Assembly: GCA_947072805.1 (NCBI GenBank)
Contig: CAMTJK010000001.1
Coordinates: forward strand, 1 to 38,764
DNA length: 38,764 nt
DNA from: an uncultured Prevotella sp.
GTDB lineage: Bacteria > Bacteroidota > Bacteroidia > Bacteroidales > Bacteroidaceae
Direction of reading: 5' to 3'
In this document: piece after piece, positions 20,336-29,600 of the stretch
Layout of the letters: each line of letters opens with the position of its first letter
Position numbering within the stretch: the stretch's first letter is position 1
Translations under genes and position numbers: made by a program
Notes under the pieces: generated by a model
The model's input: only the letters and a program-made list of their open reading frames with translations
Told to the model about the DNA's origin: nothing
Databases searched by the model: none

Positions 20336-20891
20336 TGCTGTTTCTGAATTTTGAAACAGACATACCCGTATGTTTCCTGAAGAAACGACACATGTATGAT
20401 GTGTCGGCAAAATGCAGACGTAGTGCTATCTGCTCTGCAGTAAGTTCGGTGTGGACAAGCTGGTGTTTCATTTCGAGGAGAACCTGCCTTACAATGGCTT
20501 CTTTAGGTGTCTCATGACACACCTGCCGTACTATCATGGCAAGATAGTTGGATGTGATGCGCAGTTTGTCGGCATAGTAGCGTATGGAGCGCTGCTCGCG
20601 GAAATGATCGAAGACGAGATTATAGAATTGCATGCAGAGTCGCTCAGGGTGTTTCATTTCACGTTTTATGCCTTTTCCTCCATATTGTTGTTGCCACAGG
20701 TTGAAGAATATCAGAATGATATTTTGCAACATATTCCCGAGAATGTGAAAGGGTGATGATAAGTAGTTGAGATTGAGGAGGAATGACAGACAAATTTGTA
20801 CGGTTGTTCCCCAAATGTACCTAATAACAAGTCTATACTTATCGATTTTTACTGAAATTAGCTCGAAAAGTAGGATTTTCAGCTTGTTCAA
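20325..20891 (-). CDS. AraC-family HTH regulator, probably 5'-truncated (convincing only from ~20750 down)
   Basis: C-terminal AraC HTH: YYADKLRITSNYL...EQIALRLHFADTSYMCRFFRKHTGMS. The N-terminal ~45 codons look like read-through of non-coding DNA. Confidence 0.75.
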   Translation of the reverse strand: MNKLKILLFELISVKIDKYRLVIRYIWGTTVQICLSFLLNLNYLSSPFHILGNMLQNIILIFFNLWQQQYGGKGIKREMKHPERLCMQFYNLVFDHFREQRSIRYYADKLRITSNYLAMIVRQVCHETPKEAIVRQVLLEMKHQLVHTELTAEQIALRLHFADTSYMCRFFRKHTGMSVSKFRNSING

Positions 20892-20910
20892 CTAAGAAAC
20901 ATCGTAAAAC

Positions 20911-20944
20911 TTTGCTTACTCTCATTTTTTTATGAGTACCTTTG
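20911..20944 (+). promoter_or_regulatory. Promoter of the antitoxin/GNAT pair, with an inverted repeat between the boxes
   Basis: TTTG at 20911-14, TACCTTTG at 20937-44, and CTCAT-N6-ATGAG at 20921-36. Confidence 0.5.
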
Positions 20945-20984
20945 CAAGGTAATATATAATGTTGAATAGTAAGGAGTAAAAGAT

Positions 20985-21179
20985 ATGGCACTACCGATAG
21001 CATCCATACCAGTACCGACTGGTGAAGTGGCTCTGCGATTCGAGGGGCGTGCGCAGGCTAATTACCAGCGATACCTCAGCCTATCGGAAGAGCAGAAGAA
21101 AGCAGACGAGGCTATTCTTGAAAAGAAGTTTGCCGAGTTGTATAGCATGTTGTCAAAAGCTCATTTAGGAAGAAGATGA
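20985..21179 (+). CDS. Small protein, putative antitoxin partner of a GNAT toxin
   Basis: 64 aa starting MALPIASIPVPTGEVALRFE. Its TGA overlaps the next ATG (ATGA at 21176-79). It resembles small genes found upstream of Bacteroidales GNAT genes, from recall. Confidence 0.6.
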   Translation: MALPIASIPVPTGEVALRFEGRAQANYQRYLSLSEEQKKADEAILEKKFAELYSMLSKAHLGRR

Positions 21180-21395
21180 GTTTTTTGAAAGAGCACTTAT
21201 TCTGGATGCCGATTTGTGATTGTTGACGCATATAACACCCCATCAACGATGGTGTTTTATGAGCAAAATGGTTTCACAACATTATTCAGTACAGAGCAAC
21301 AAGAGAAAGACTACCGTCACATCACCTCAGAAGCAACATTGAGCACTCGCTTGATGTTTTACGACTTGATGTCGATGGTTGAAGAGTATAGGTAG
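21176..21395 (+). pseudogene. Internally deleted GNAT acetyltransferase (putative TA toxin)
   Basis: MSFLKEH... stops after 16 codons. Another frame reads SGCRFVIVDAYNTPSTMVFYEQNGFTTLFSTEQQEKDY...TRLMFYDL*, a GNAT C-terminus (VDA and FY.xNGF motifs). Confidence 0.75.
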
Positions 21396-21653
21396 GAACA
21401 CGTATTCATTCCTGCCACCCTGCAATGGGGACATAGACAAGAATACAAGGTTGAAATAAAACGTGAATAAGAAGAAACAGACATTAAAGGTAAACAGAAA
21501 CGCGGGCGGGATATCAGAGCCAAAGGCTTACTGACTCCCAATGAGAGAAAACAAGCATGAGGCACAAGCCTCAAAATCATTAACTCGGCGTTTCCGTTCT
21601 GAAAACTTGATAAAGGACATTATATAAAATATTGAGCTTTTAGTTCTTGTTCT

Positions 21654-21780
21654 CTTCTACAAGAATACCGCCAAAATTCAACGCATGAGGACAAGCAGAC
21701 TGAAAGTTCACGCTCGTTGGGCGTGGACTATTCTGTGCTTGTTATGCGTATAGGTCACTTGGCGGTAACCTTTGTAGAAG
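21654..21780 (+). ncRNA. Long multi-stem RNA hairpin in the 5' leader of the peptide/pilin cassette
   Basis: Nested pairs cttctacaa/ttgtagaag, taccgccaa/ttggcggta, acgcat/atgcgt, acaagca/tgcttgt and agttcacgctc/gggcgtggact (with G-U pairs). Confidence 0.7.
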
Positions 21781-21824
21781 GCAGGCAAAAGAATGGTTGC
21801 ACGCCTATTTTTTATTCTACAATA

Positions 21825-21956
21825 ATGAAAGAAATCAAAAAGAGACAATATGTGAAGCCTCAAATGGCTATTTATAATGTTGATAGTCCGCAACTATTAG
21901 CTGGGAGTGGCAATGGTGAGACAGAAAGACTGAACGAAGAAGATTACGAGTGGTAA
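21825..21956 (+). CDS. 43-aa peptide MKEIKKRQYVKPQMAIYNVDSPQLLAGSGNGETERLNEEDYEW
   Basis: ATG at 21825 in AT-rich context. The YxKP...LLAGS pattern is typical of small Bacteroidales peptides upstream of lipoproteins. Confidence 0.75.
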   Translation: MKEIKKRQYVKPQMAIYNVDSPQLLAGSGNGETERLNEEDYEW

Positions 21957-21977
21957 CATAATAAAGGATAAAAGAAA

Positions 21978-23516
21978 ATGAAAAAGTATATACAATCAGT
22001 GATGGCTCTTGTAACCGTCATGTCATTTGCTTCATGTTCGTCAGATGACAACGAGACCATTGACAACACAGGCAACACCAAGGTGATGTCGTTCACCGCC
22101 ACACAGGAAGGAACGGGCACACGCGCGGCAATCAACCCGCATGACAAGACGGAGATTGTTTGGGAGGAAGGAGACAAGATAAGTGTGATTACAGGTCATT
22201 ATCCAGCTACGTTTACATTGCGCGAGGGTGCAGGCACTGCCTCCGCAAAGTTTGAGGGCTCGACAATGTCAGCAAATTCTTATTTGGCTGTCTATCCATA
22301 TATCGATAATTACGATGTGCTATATTCTGAAGACTATATAGATAGGATTACGTTTCCAGCCAATCAGACCGCCACACCTAATGGCTTTGACAAGAATGCG
22401 GCATTTATGATGGCACAAAGCGAGAACACCACGTTGAATTTCAAGAATGCCGTGGGTTATATTAAAGTGACGCCACTGTTTGATTGCAGCAAGATAGAGT
22501 TGAAAGCAGCAAACGAGACTTATGCATTGGCTGGTACTGGAACACTCAGTTATAATTATGGAGAACCTTCAATCTATATTTCAAATAGTGCCACAGACAA
22601 GTCATATACCATCACGCTCAACGGTAATATCGAATCCGGCAATACATATTATATCGCCGTTCCCTCTGTAACCCTCACCGCAGGATGGACCCTCTCCTTC
22701 ACCACATCTGACGGCAGCAAGGTTTATACACGCAAGGGAAACAAAGAAATATGGATTAAGCGCAATACAGTAATCAATCTTGGAAAGTTTGCTACCGATG
22801 GTAATTATGGGAATGATGAAGCTAGAGGCATCGTAAGAGCCGATCAGGAGGTAGATATGGGACTGACTATTACGAAAGACGGCAAGAACTACAAGATCAT
22901 CTTCGCCAAGAGCAACCTCACGGCAACAGGTCTTGCAGAGAACGAATCCGACTTTGGCGATTATTTTGCCTGGGGAGCGTTAGAGCCTTGGTATACAAGT
23001 ATTACTACCACGTCCTCATCTGTTACCGTCAATGCATGGAAAGACGACAAATCCGAAGGTTATTCATACGGGAATTGCCCATCTTATGGCAATAATTCTT
23101 ATGTAGAGAATGATGTTTTGAAGATAGATTATGATGCTGCCCGCCAGGTTCTTGGCGGCGACTGGCAGTTGCCTACTAAAGAGATATGGAAGGCATTGTC
23201 AGATGCCAATAAGACTTCGGTGTATTGGGGAGCTGATGGAGAAAAGGAACTCGAATATATTGATGGTATTCAAGGTATGAAGATAACCAAGAAAGAAGAC
23301 AACTCCACTTACCTTTTCTTGCCTGCTGCTGGTTTCCTCATAAACACGAGCTCCAACAATATAGGTTCCTACGGCTACTATCGGTCGGGTACAGCCTACT
23401 CGGATACGTATGCGTATTGCTTGGACTTCTGCACTGGTAACTTCTATCCTCAGAGCCTCTACCAACGTTTCTATGGATGTCCCATCCGCCCCGTGCGCTT
23501 AGTCCCAGTTGAATAA
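21978..23516 (+). CDS. Type V pilin/fimbrillin-like lipoprotein with a C-terminal C-type-lectin-like (DGR-target-like) domain
   Basis: Lipobox FASC; GTR followed by W-x-x-GD-x-I-x-V; C-terminal domain VDMGL...GDYFAWG...DAA...GGDWQLPT...FLPAAG...G.Y.S...R..G.PIRPV. Confidence 0.78.
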   Translation: MKKYIQSVMALVTVMSFASCSSDDNETIDNTGNTKVMSFTATQEGTGTRAAINPHDKTEIVWEEGDKISVITGHYPATFTLREGAGTASAKFEGSTMSANSYLAVYPYIDNYDVLYSEDYIDRITFPANQTATPNGFDKNAAFMMAQSENTTLNFKNAVGYIKVTPLFDCSKIELKAANETYALAGTGTLSYNYGEPSIYISNSATDKSYTITLNGNIESGNTYYIAVPSVTLTAGWTLSFTTSDGSKVYTRKGNKEIWIKRNTVINLGKFATDGNYGNDEARGIVRADQEVDMGLTITKDGKNYKIIFAKSNLTATGLAENESDFGDYFAWGALEPWYTSITTTSSSVTVNAWKDDKSEGYSYGNCPSYGNNSYVENDVLKIDYDAARQVLGGDWQLPTKEIWKALSDANKTSVYWGADGEKELEYIDGIQGMKITKKEDNSTYLFLPAAGFLINTSSNNIGSYGYYRSGTAYSDTYAYCLDFCTGNFYPQSLYQRFYGCPIRPVRLVPVE

Positions 23517-23526
23517 CACACACAAC

Positions 23527-23580
23527 AAAGCATTTCGTGCTGGTCCGCATTCCGCAGGTCAGCACGAATTGTTTTTATTT
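23527..23580. terminator. Hairpin between the convergent pilin and HTH genes (likely intrinsic terminator)
   Basis: ttcgtgctg (23534-42) pairs with cagcacgaa (23560-68), followed by a T-rich tract. Confidence 0.65.
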
Positions 23581-23943
23581 CAATCTTTGTTGTCTCTGTT
23601 GCCAGAGTTTATCTATCTCCTGACGGTGTTCGTCCTCGTCCGAGTAGAGCCATTCGATGTAGTCGGCTCGCTGTGAGGTGTGGTCATCCAGCCGAGAGAA
23701 ATCACGGAGATGGACGACATACTTCTCCTCGATGGTCCTCAGCCTTGGTGACAGCAACCTCTTGATGTCAGAGAAAGCATAACGTTTACGTCTGCCCGCC
23801 TTGGCGGCTCTCAGATAACCAGCCTTGTCCCATGCCCAAAGGGTGGTAGTGCAGACATCGCACATCTTGCATGCTTCCTCCGTGGACAGCTTTTTCCCCT
23901 CAACGGCTGCCTGCTCCAGTCTCATCAGTTTGTGTTCATTCAT
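23575..23943 (-). CDS. MerR/excisionase-like HTH DNA-binding protein; 5' end interrupted by the repeat element (original ATG at 24454)
   Basis: LSTEEACKMCDVCTTTLWAWDKAGYLRAAKAGRRKRY is an HTH_17/MerR-like pattern. Confidence 0.72.
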   Translation of the reverse strand: MNEHKLMRLEQAAVEGKKLSTEEACKMCDVCTTTLWAWDKAGYLRAAKAGRRKRYAFSDIKRLLSPRLRTIEEKYVVHLRDFSRLDDHTSQRADYIEWLYSDEDEHRQEIDKLWQQRQQRLK

Positions 23944-23985
23944 CAGCTGCGCTTTCTGATGTAATAACTTGTTTTTGCCATTTCT

Positions 23986-24439
23986 TAATGGTGATTTGAT
24001 ACGTATAACATTTATTTACTTTTATGAAAAATCTTGACTTTAACGTGTGTTAATAGGCACCCAAACCTCGGTTTGAAACCTACGACGCGAAAATGAGCGC
24101 TTTTCATCTAAAATAGGGAGCGCTGATAGTCAGAAAGTTACGTGTTTTGCGATCTAATACCATTTCATCGGTTTACGATTACGTACGTGAGCTCATTGCG
24201 ATATAGCTTTTATCGCATCGTCGTTACGTCGAAATCGCATTGCGATTTCATCGTAATGGCGATGCCAATACGACGTAATCGCGTTGCCAAAAAACTGGGA
24301 TCGTTTTTCGACCCATCGGGACCATAATTCGACCCACTTTCATTAACAAATATTTACACCTAGAATGCCGAATTTAAAAATGTTAAATTCGACCAAATAT
24401 CTTTACAAATTAACTTTCATTAAGTGCAGTTACGAGCCC
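23986..24439 (-). mobile_element. ~450-bp non-coding dispersed element, copy 2, flanked by the 9-bp duplication GCCATTTCT
   Basis: Reverse complement of 265..715; GCCATTTCT at 23977-85 and 24440-48. Confidence 0.88.
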
Positions 24440-24462
24440 GCCATTTCTCGACATAGTGTACT

Positions 24463-24735
24463 ATGCCTTCGCCGAAGCAGTTGCAATCCGGCACACCGAT
24501 AGACGAAACAGATATGGAACCTAATGACCTTTTGGGCTTAAAAAAACTGCAACGTACGGTGAACAGCACAAAACTGCTCATGACGTATAGCACTGCATCC
24601 TCATATCTTGAGGTGCTCACGGCGCAGCAGACACTACTGCAGGCGGAACTGACTGAGGTTAAGGAGATACAGGCTTGCCTGCAGGGCATGACGGCATTAT
24701 ATCGTGCTATGGGTGATATTTTTATCCGGCTGTAA
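24463..24735 (+). pseudogene. C-terminal remnant of a TolC/OprM-family efflux outer-membrane protein
   Basis: STKLLMTYSTASSYLEVLTAQQTLLQAEL...ALYRAMG matches the OEP C-terminal YLEVLxAQ...LYxALGG pattern; the rest of the gene is absent. Confidence 0.75.
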
Positions 24736-24769
24736 TATCATTGTAACATGGCGTTTGTATATTTGCGCC

Positions 24770-25798
24770 ATGAAAATGACATTAACAGTATTAAGAATGG
24801 CTGCAATTACAGCCTTGAGTGTCAGTACTGCCGGAGAGGTTGTGGCACAGGAGTGGAAACCTGAAATACACGGTACGATACGTGCTAAGTATGAGTACCA
24901 GTACGAGCGTGAGGAAGGACGCTTTGAGGTGCGAAACGCACGTTTTAGTGTAAGTGGAAAAGTCACGGAGACGGTAGCCTACAAGGCGGAAATTGATCTC
25001 TCGGACGAAGGCGAGATAAAAATGCTTGACGCCTATACGCGCCTTACTCCGGTAAGAGGACTTGATATCACTGTGGGACAAATGAGAGTCCCCTTCACCG
25101 TGGATGCACACCGCTCCCCGCATTTGCGCTATTTCGCCAATCGCTCTTTCATAGCCAAACAGGTGGGAAACGTACGTGATGTGGGCGCCACAATGGCATG
25201 GCAGACGGCGGGAATATTGCCGATAACAGTAGAAGCGGGCTTTTTCAACGGCTCGGGACTGACAAACCAGAAGAACTATTGGACGAAGTCACTTAACTTC
25301 TCTGCAAAGGCGAGAATGATGATACCACAGGGATGGTGCCTCACGTTGAGCACACAGAAGATAAGACCGGGATTGTCCACGATAATGATGTATAATGCTG
25401 CGCTCTACTATCACAATGCAGGATGGCATGTGGAGGGTGAGTATCTCTATAAGCACTATTCAAGAGGAGCGTATGGAGCTGTTCACTCATTTGACGGCTT
25501 CGTGAACTACGATATAGGACTGAAAGGTAAGAAGATGATGATCAAAAAGGTGTCGCCACTGGCGAGATGGGACTATATGTCGGACCACAGTGACGGAGTG
25601 ACTGCCGATGAGAGTGGATGTCTGGTTACTACCGACTATCGTCGAAGTCGTCTGACTGGTGGCGTAACGCTAAGCCTTGCTACGCCTTTTATTGCTGACA
25701 TAAGACTGAACTATGAAAAGTACTTTTACAGAGAGGGCGCGGTAATAAAGCCTTCGGAGCACGACAAGATAGTGTTGGAGGTTATGACGAGATTCTAA
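24770..25798 (+). CDS. OprO/OprP-like outer-membrane porin
   Basis: Signal peptide, FEVRNAR, LDAY, GQMRVPF, RDVG and a terminal Phe. Confidence 0.75.
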   Translation: MKMTLTVLRMAAITALSVSTAGEVVAQEWKPEIHGTIRAKYEYQYEREEGRFEVRNARFSVSGKVTETVAYKAEIDLSDEGEIKMLDAYTRLTPVRGLDITVGQMRVPFTVDAHRSPHLRYFANRSFIAKQVGNVRDVGATMAWQTAGILPITVEAGFFNGSGLTNQKNYWTKSLNFSAKARMMIPQGWCLTLSTQKIRPGLSTIMMYNAALYYHNAGWHVEGEYLYKHYSRGAYGAVHSFDGFVNYDIGLKGKKMMIKKVSPLARWDYMSDHSDGVTADESGCLVTTDYRRSRLTGGVTLSLATPFIADIRLNYEKYFYREGAVIKPSEHDKIVLEVMTRF

Positions 25799-28617
25799 AG
25801 ATAGTGCGATGTGTAGCCTTTGCCACTGGCTGCAACCTCCTCTGGTGTGCCGCATGTTACTACCTCACCGCCATTGCTGCCACCCTCGGGTCCCATGTCA
25901 ATTATATGATCGGCAAGGCGTATTACATCGGTATTGTGTTCGATTATGATTACTGTGTTGCCACGCTCGACAAGTCTGTCGAGAACATCCATAAGAATGT
26001 TTATATCATCAGCATGAAGTCCGGTTGTGGGCTCATCGAGGATGAAGAGCGTGTTGCCCGTATCTTTCCGACTAAGTTCGGTTGCAAGTTTTACTCGCTG
26101 GCTCTCGCCGCCAGAGAGGGTGGTGGATGACTGTCCGAGTCGGATGTACCCAAGTCCTACGTCACGCAGTGTGCTTATCTTGCGGAGAATGTCGGGTACG
26201 TTTGAAAAGAAATCTACGGCACGGTCGATAGTCATGTCAAGAACATCGGCAATGCTTTTACCTTTATATCTTACTTCGAGTGTCTCACGGTTATATCGTT
26301 TTCCGTGGCATACTTCACATGGTACCATGACGTTGGGAAGAAAATTCATCTCAACAGTGGTACAGCCGTTGCCTCCGCATGCTTCGCAGCGTCCGCCTTT
26401 CACGTTGAAAGAAAAGCGACCGGGTTTATAGCCACGTATCTTTGCTTCTGGTAGATTGACGAAAAGTGAACGTATGTCGGAGAACACGCCTGTATATGTG
26501 GCAGGATTGGAGCGAGGCGTACGTCCCAGGGGGCTTTGGTCTACGGCGACGACCTTATCGATATTGTTGATGCCCTCTATGCTGTCGTATGGTGCCGGCT
26601 CTTGATGCGAACGGTAGAAATGTCGGCTAAGTATGGGGTATAGGGTTTCGTTGATGAGTGTGGACTTGCCGGAGCCGCTCACCCCGGTAATAACTATGAG
26701 TTTGCCAAGTGGGAACTCCACGTCTATGTCTTTAAGGTTGTTGCCGCGAGCTCCGTGGATAATGATGCTTTTGCCATTGCCAGCACGACGCTTGCGCCCC
26801 ATGGCAGGTGGAGGAGAGGCAAGATAGCGTGCAGTGGATACACGTTCGGCAACTTCAGGATTAAGCATCTCATTGGGTGTACCACAGAACACCACCTCAC
26901 CGCCCTTGCTGCCAGCAAGGGGACCAATATCGATAATGTGATCGGCACTTAGCATCATGTCCTTGTCGTGTTCCACTACAATGACGGTGTTGCCGAGGTC
27001 GCGCAGTGATTTCAGTGAGCGTATTAGTCGCTCGTTATCGCGTTGGTGCAGTCCAATGCTCGGCTCATCGAGGATGTAGAGTACATTGACAAGACGGGAA
27101 CCTATCTGTGTAGCAAGGCGTATGCGCTGGCTTTCTCCTCCGGAGAGAGATGCAGAGGGACGGTTTAGGGAAAGGTATCCGAGGCCGACCTCTAACAGGA
27201 AGTTGACACGTGTACTAATCTCCTTGAGAATCTCTTCTGCTATCTGCCGTTGCCGCTCCGTAAGTTTGGAAGGCAACTCGTCGAGCCATCGACGCAGTGT
27301 TACAATGTCCATGTCTGCCAGTTGGGATATGTCACAGTCGGCAATGCGATAGGAAAGGGCTTCGCGATTGAGACGCCTGCCGTTGCATTCGGGACAACGG
27401 CAGACAGCAGTGAACTGCTCGGTCCAGTTGCGTGCGGCAGCGCTGTCGTCGGTTTCCATCACAGTTCGAAGATATTTCATTATACCATCAAAATCGGTAA
27501 AATAGTCGCTTGATGTGGAGACGATTTCCTTGGCTATGCGTACCTTCTCGAGAGATCCGTAGAGTATCTCGCTCATGGCATCGTCTGGAATGTCGCTTAT
27601 GGGAGTCTTTATGGTGCAGTCGTATTTGTGGAGTAGGGCGTCAATCTGCCAGAATATCAACTGATTGCGGTATTTACCAAGCGGAACAATGGCCCCGGCA
27701 TGGATACTCAGACTGCGGTCTGGTATGACCTTGGTGATATCTACTTCACTTACTGTGCCGAGGCCTTTGCAGCGTGGGCATGCACCCTGAGGGGAGTTGA
27801 AAGAAAAATTGTTGGGCGCAGGCTCGCTGTAGGAAATGCCTGTGGTGGGGCACATAAGTCGTTTTGAGAAATGGCGTAGGCTGCCGCCATCGTCAGTGTC
27901 GATAATGATGAGCTGACCGTCACCCTGCTTCATTGCTGTAGCGACACTCTTCTTCAGCCTTTCAGAATCTTTAGATTGTACACGAAGCCTGTCTATGACC
28001 ACCTCTATGTCGTGGTTCTTGTAGCGGTCGGTTTTCATGCCGTTCACAAGCTCGGTGACTTCACCGTCAATGCGTACGTGAAGGTATCCCTTGCGACGCA
28101 GATTCTCAAAAAGTTCACGGTAATGTCCCTTGCGGCTGTGTACTAAAGGAGCGAGGATGAGGATGCGGCGTTCTGCATATTTTTGCATGATCATGGCAAG
28201 CACTTCTTCTTCGGTATATTTCACCATAGCCTCGCCGGTGGCATAGCTATAGGCTTGTGCCGCACGTGCGAAAAGCAGACGCAGAAAGTCGTAAATCTCG
28301 GTAGTAGTGCCCACGGTGGAGCGTGGATTTCTGTTGGTTGTTTTCTGTTCAATGCTAATGACTGGGCTTAGACCGGTAATCTTATCGACGTCAGGGCGCT
28401 CTGTGCCGCCAAGGAAGTTGCGGGCATAGGCAGAGAAGGTCTCTATATAACGCCGCTGACCTTCGGCGTAGATGGTATCGAACGCCAGCGATGACTTGCC
28501 AGACCCCGACAGCCCTGTAATTACAGTGAGGCTACCTCTCGGTATACTTACGTCGATGTTCTTAAGATTGTGTACTCTTGCTCCCCAAACGTATATCTTG
28601 TCGTCTTCTCTTTGCAT
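25795..28617 (-). CDS. uvrA: Excinuclease ABC subunit A
   Basis: GARVHNLK, two Walker A motifs ([16 protein letters not shown]), LSGGE twice, and zinc fingers. Confidence 0.98.
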   Translation of the reverse strand: MQREDDKIYVWGARVHNLKNIDVSIPRGSLTVITGLSGSGKSSLAFDTIYAEGQRRYIETFSAYARNFLGGTERPDVDKITGLSPVISIEQKTTNRNPRSTVGTTTEIYDFLRLLFARAAQAYSYATGEAMVKYTEEEVLAMIMQKYAERRILILAPLVHSRKGHYRELFENLRRKGYLHVRIDGEVTELVNGMKTDRYKNHDIEVVIDRLRVQSKDSERLKKSVATAMKQGDGQLIIIDTDDGGSLRHFSKRLMCPTTGISYSEPAPNNFSFNSPQGACPRCKGLGTVSEVDITKVIPDRSLSIHAGAIVPLGKYRNQLIFWQIDALLHKYDCTIKTPISDIPDDAMSEILYGSLEKVRIAKEIVSTSSDYFTDFDGIMKYLRTVMETDDSAAARNWTEQFTAVCRCPECNGRRLNREALSYRIADCDISQLADMDIVTLRRWLDELPSKLTERQRQIAEEILKEISTRVNFLLEVGLGYLSLNRPSASLSGGESQRIRLATQIGSRLVNVLYILDEPSIGLHQRDNERLIRSLKSLRDLGNTVIVVEHDKDMMLSADHIIDIGPLAGSKGGEVVFCGTPNEMLNPEVAERVSTARYLASPPPAMGRKRRAGNGKSIIIHGARGNNLKDIDVEFPLGKLIVITGVSGSGKSTLINETLYPILSRHFYRSHQEPAPYDSIEGINNIDKVVAVDQSPLGRTPRSNPATYTGVFSDIRSLFVNLPEAKIRGYKPGRFSFNVKGGRCEACGGNGCTTVEMNFLPNVMVPCEVCHGKRYNRETLEVRYKGKSIADVLDMTIDRAVDFFSNVPDILRKISTLRDVGLGYIRLGQSSTTLSGGESQRVKLATELSRKDTGNTLFILDEPTTGLHADDINILMDVLDRLVERGNTVIIIEHNTDVIRLADHIIDMGPEGGSNGGEVVTCGTPEEVAASGKGYTSHYL

Positions 28618-28632
28618 TTCGGTCGATGTGTG

Positions 28633-29325
28633 TCAATATTCGGTGTTTTCCATATAGTCGCGCAGCAGATTTACATCGCGCTTTATGTTGTACTCTATTC
28701 CGTCTGCACCTTTTGCTTTTACCAAAACGTAGTATACGCCGGCTTTTACGGGAAATCCATGATAAGTGCCGTCCCAGCCTCCGTCAATGTCAGTCCACTC
28801 GTACAGCTTTTGTCCCCATCGGTTGAAAATGTATGCCTTGAAACTGATGATGCTTTTGTGGTTGCTTTTTGCCTTATAGATGTCGTTGATTCCGTCTCCA
28901 TTGGGCGAGAAGGCATTGGGCATTTCCAGTATACTGGAGCTTATGCTTACTATGATGGTTGAGACAAGTTCGGGCTGGGTATTGTCGTCGTAGCCTGTAC
29001 CGCTGTATGTGACGTATAGAGATACGGTTGTAGTTCCTGATTCTGTAAACTCATAACTTGTATTTTCCTCATAGCGTGTGAGATAGGCATCGGTTGCGCC
29101 GTCTTTCAAGAAGCGCCATTCGTATGAGGGCACTACTCCATCGTCAATGGCGGAGGGATTGGCACGGAAAGTAACGGAAAGTGGTGCTTGGGCATCGCTT
29201 ATGGCATCTGTGGTCTCGAAGGCTTCACCATCAACAGTATAGTACGCTGTAGGGTTGAAGTCTGCCACACAGACTACAGGGCAGAGTATAGCTATGGTTG
29301 CGAGGATATAAAATCGTATGTTCAT
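28633..29325 (-). CDS. PKD-like protein with a T9SS type-B (gliding-motility-associated) C-terminal domain
   Basis: [13 protein letters not shown]...IFNRWG...GWDG...GVYY motif and a signal peptide. Confidence 0.85.
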   Translation of the reverse strand: MNIRFYILATIAILCPVVCVADFNPTAYYTVDGEAFETTDAISDAQAPLSVTFRANPSAIDDGVVPSYEWRFLKDGATDAYLTRYEENTSYEFTESGTTTVSLYVTYSGTGYDDNTQPELVSTIIVSISSSILEMPNAFSPNGDGINDIYKAKSNHKSIISFKAYIFNRWGQKLYEWTDIDGGWDGTYHGFPVKAGVYYVLVKAKGADGIEYNIKRDVNLLRDYMENTEY

Positions 29326-29542
29326 AGTTATTCATGTTTTATCCTGCAAAAGTAATCATAAAATCTGAGTTAAGCCACACAACGGCGCCTTTTTCTGTTA
29401 GAAGAATATAGCATGATGGTGCATGATGGACCATGTTATGTACTATGGTTGATGTGTTATATAGACAGCAAGATTATGCAGGGCTGATAGCAAAGCGGAG
29501 TGATATAGTCGGGAAATAAATGCTATATAAGTGGGGAATAGG

Positions 29543-29578
29543 AAAAGAAAAGGGACTTGCCGATAACGACAAGTCCCC
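29543..29578 (-). terminator. Intrinsic terminator
   Basis: gggacttg/caagtccc stem followed by a U-rich tract on the minus strand, downstream of the 68-aa gene. Confidence 0.7.
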
Positions 29579-29600
29579 AGTTGTATCATCAAATTCTTTT

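Noticed and set aside
24142-24327. 61-aa ORF inside element copy 2
   Set aside because: It lies in the palindromic core and has no transposase-like motif, so it is most likely incidental.
20900-24500. Complete DGR
   Set aside because: No reverse transcriptase, Avd-like gene or AAC-rich template repeat is visible in the window.
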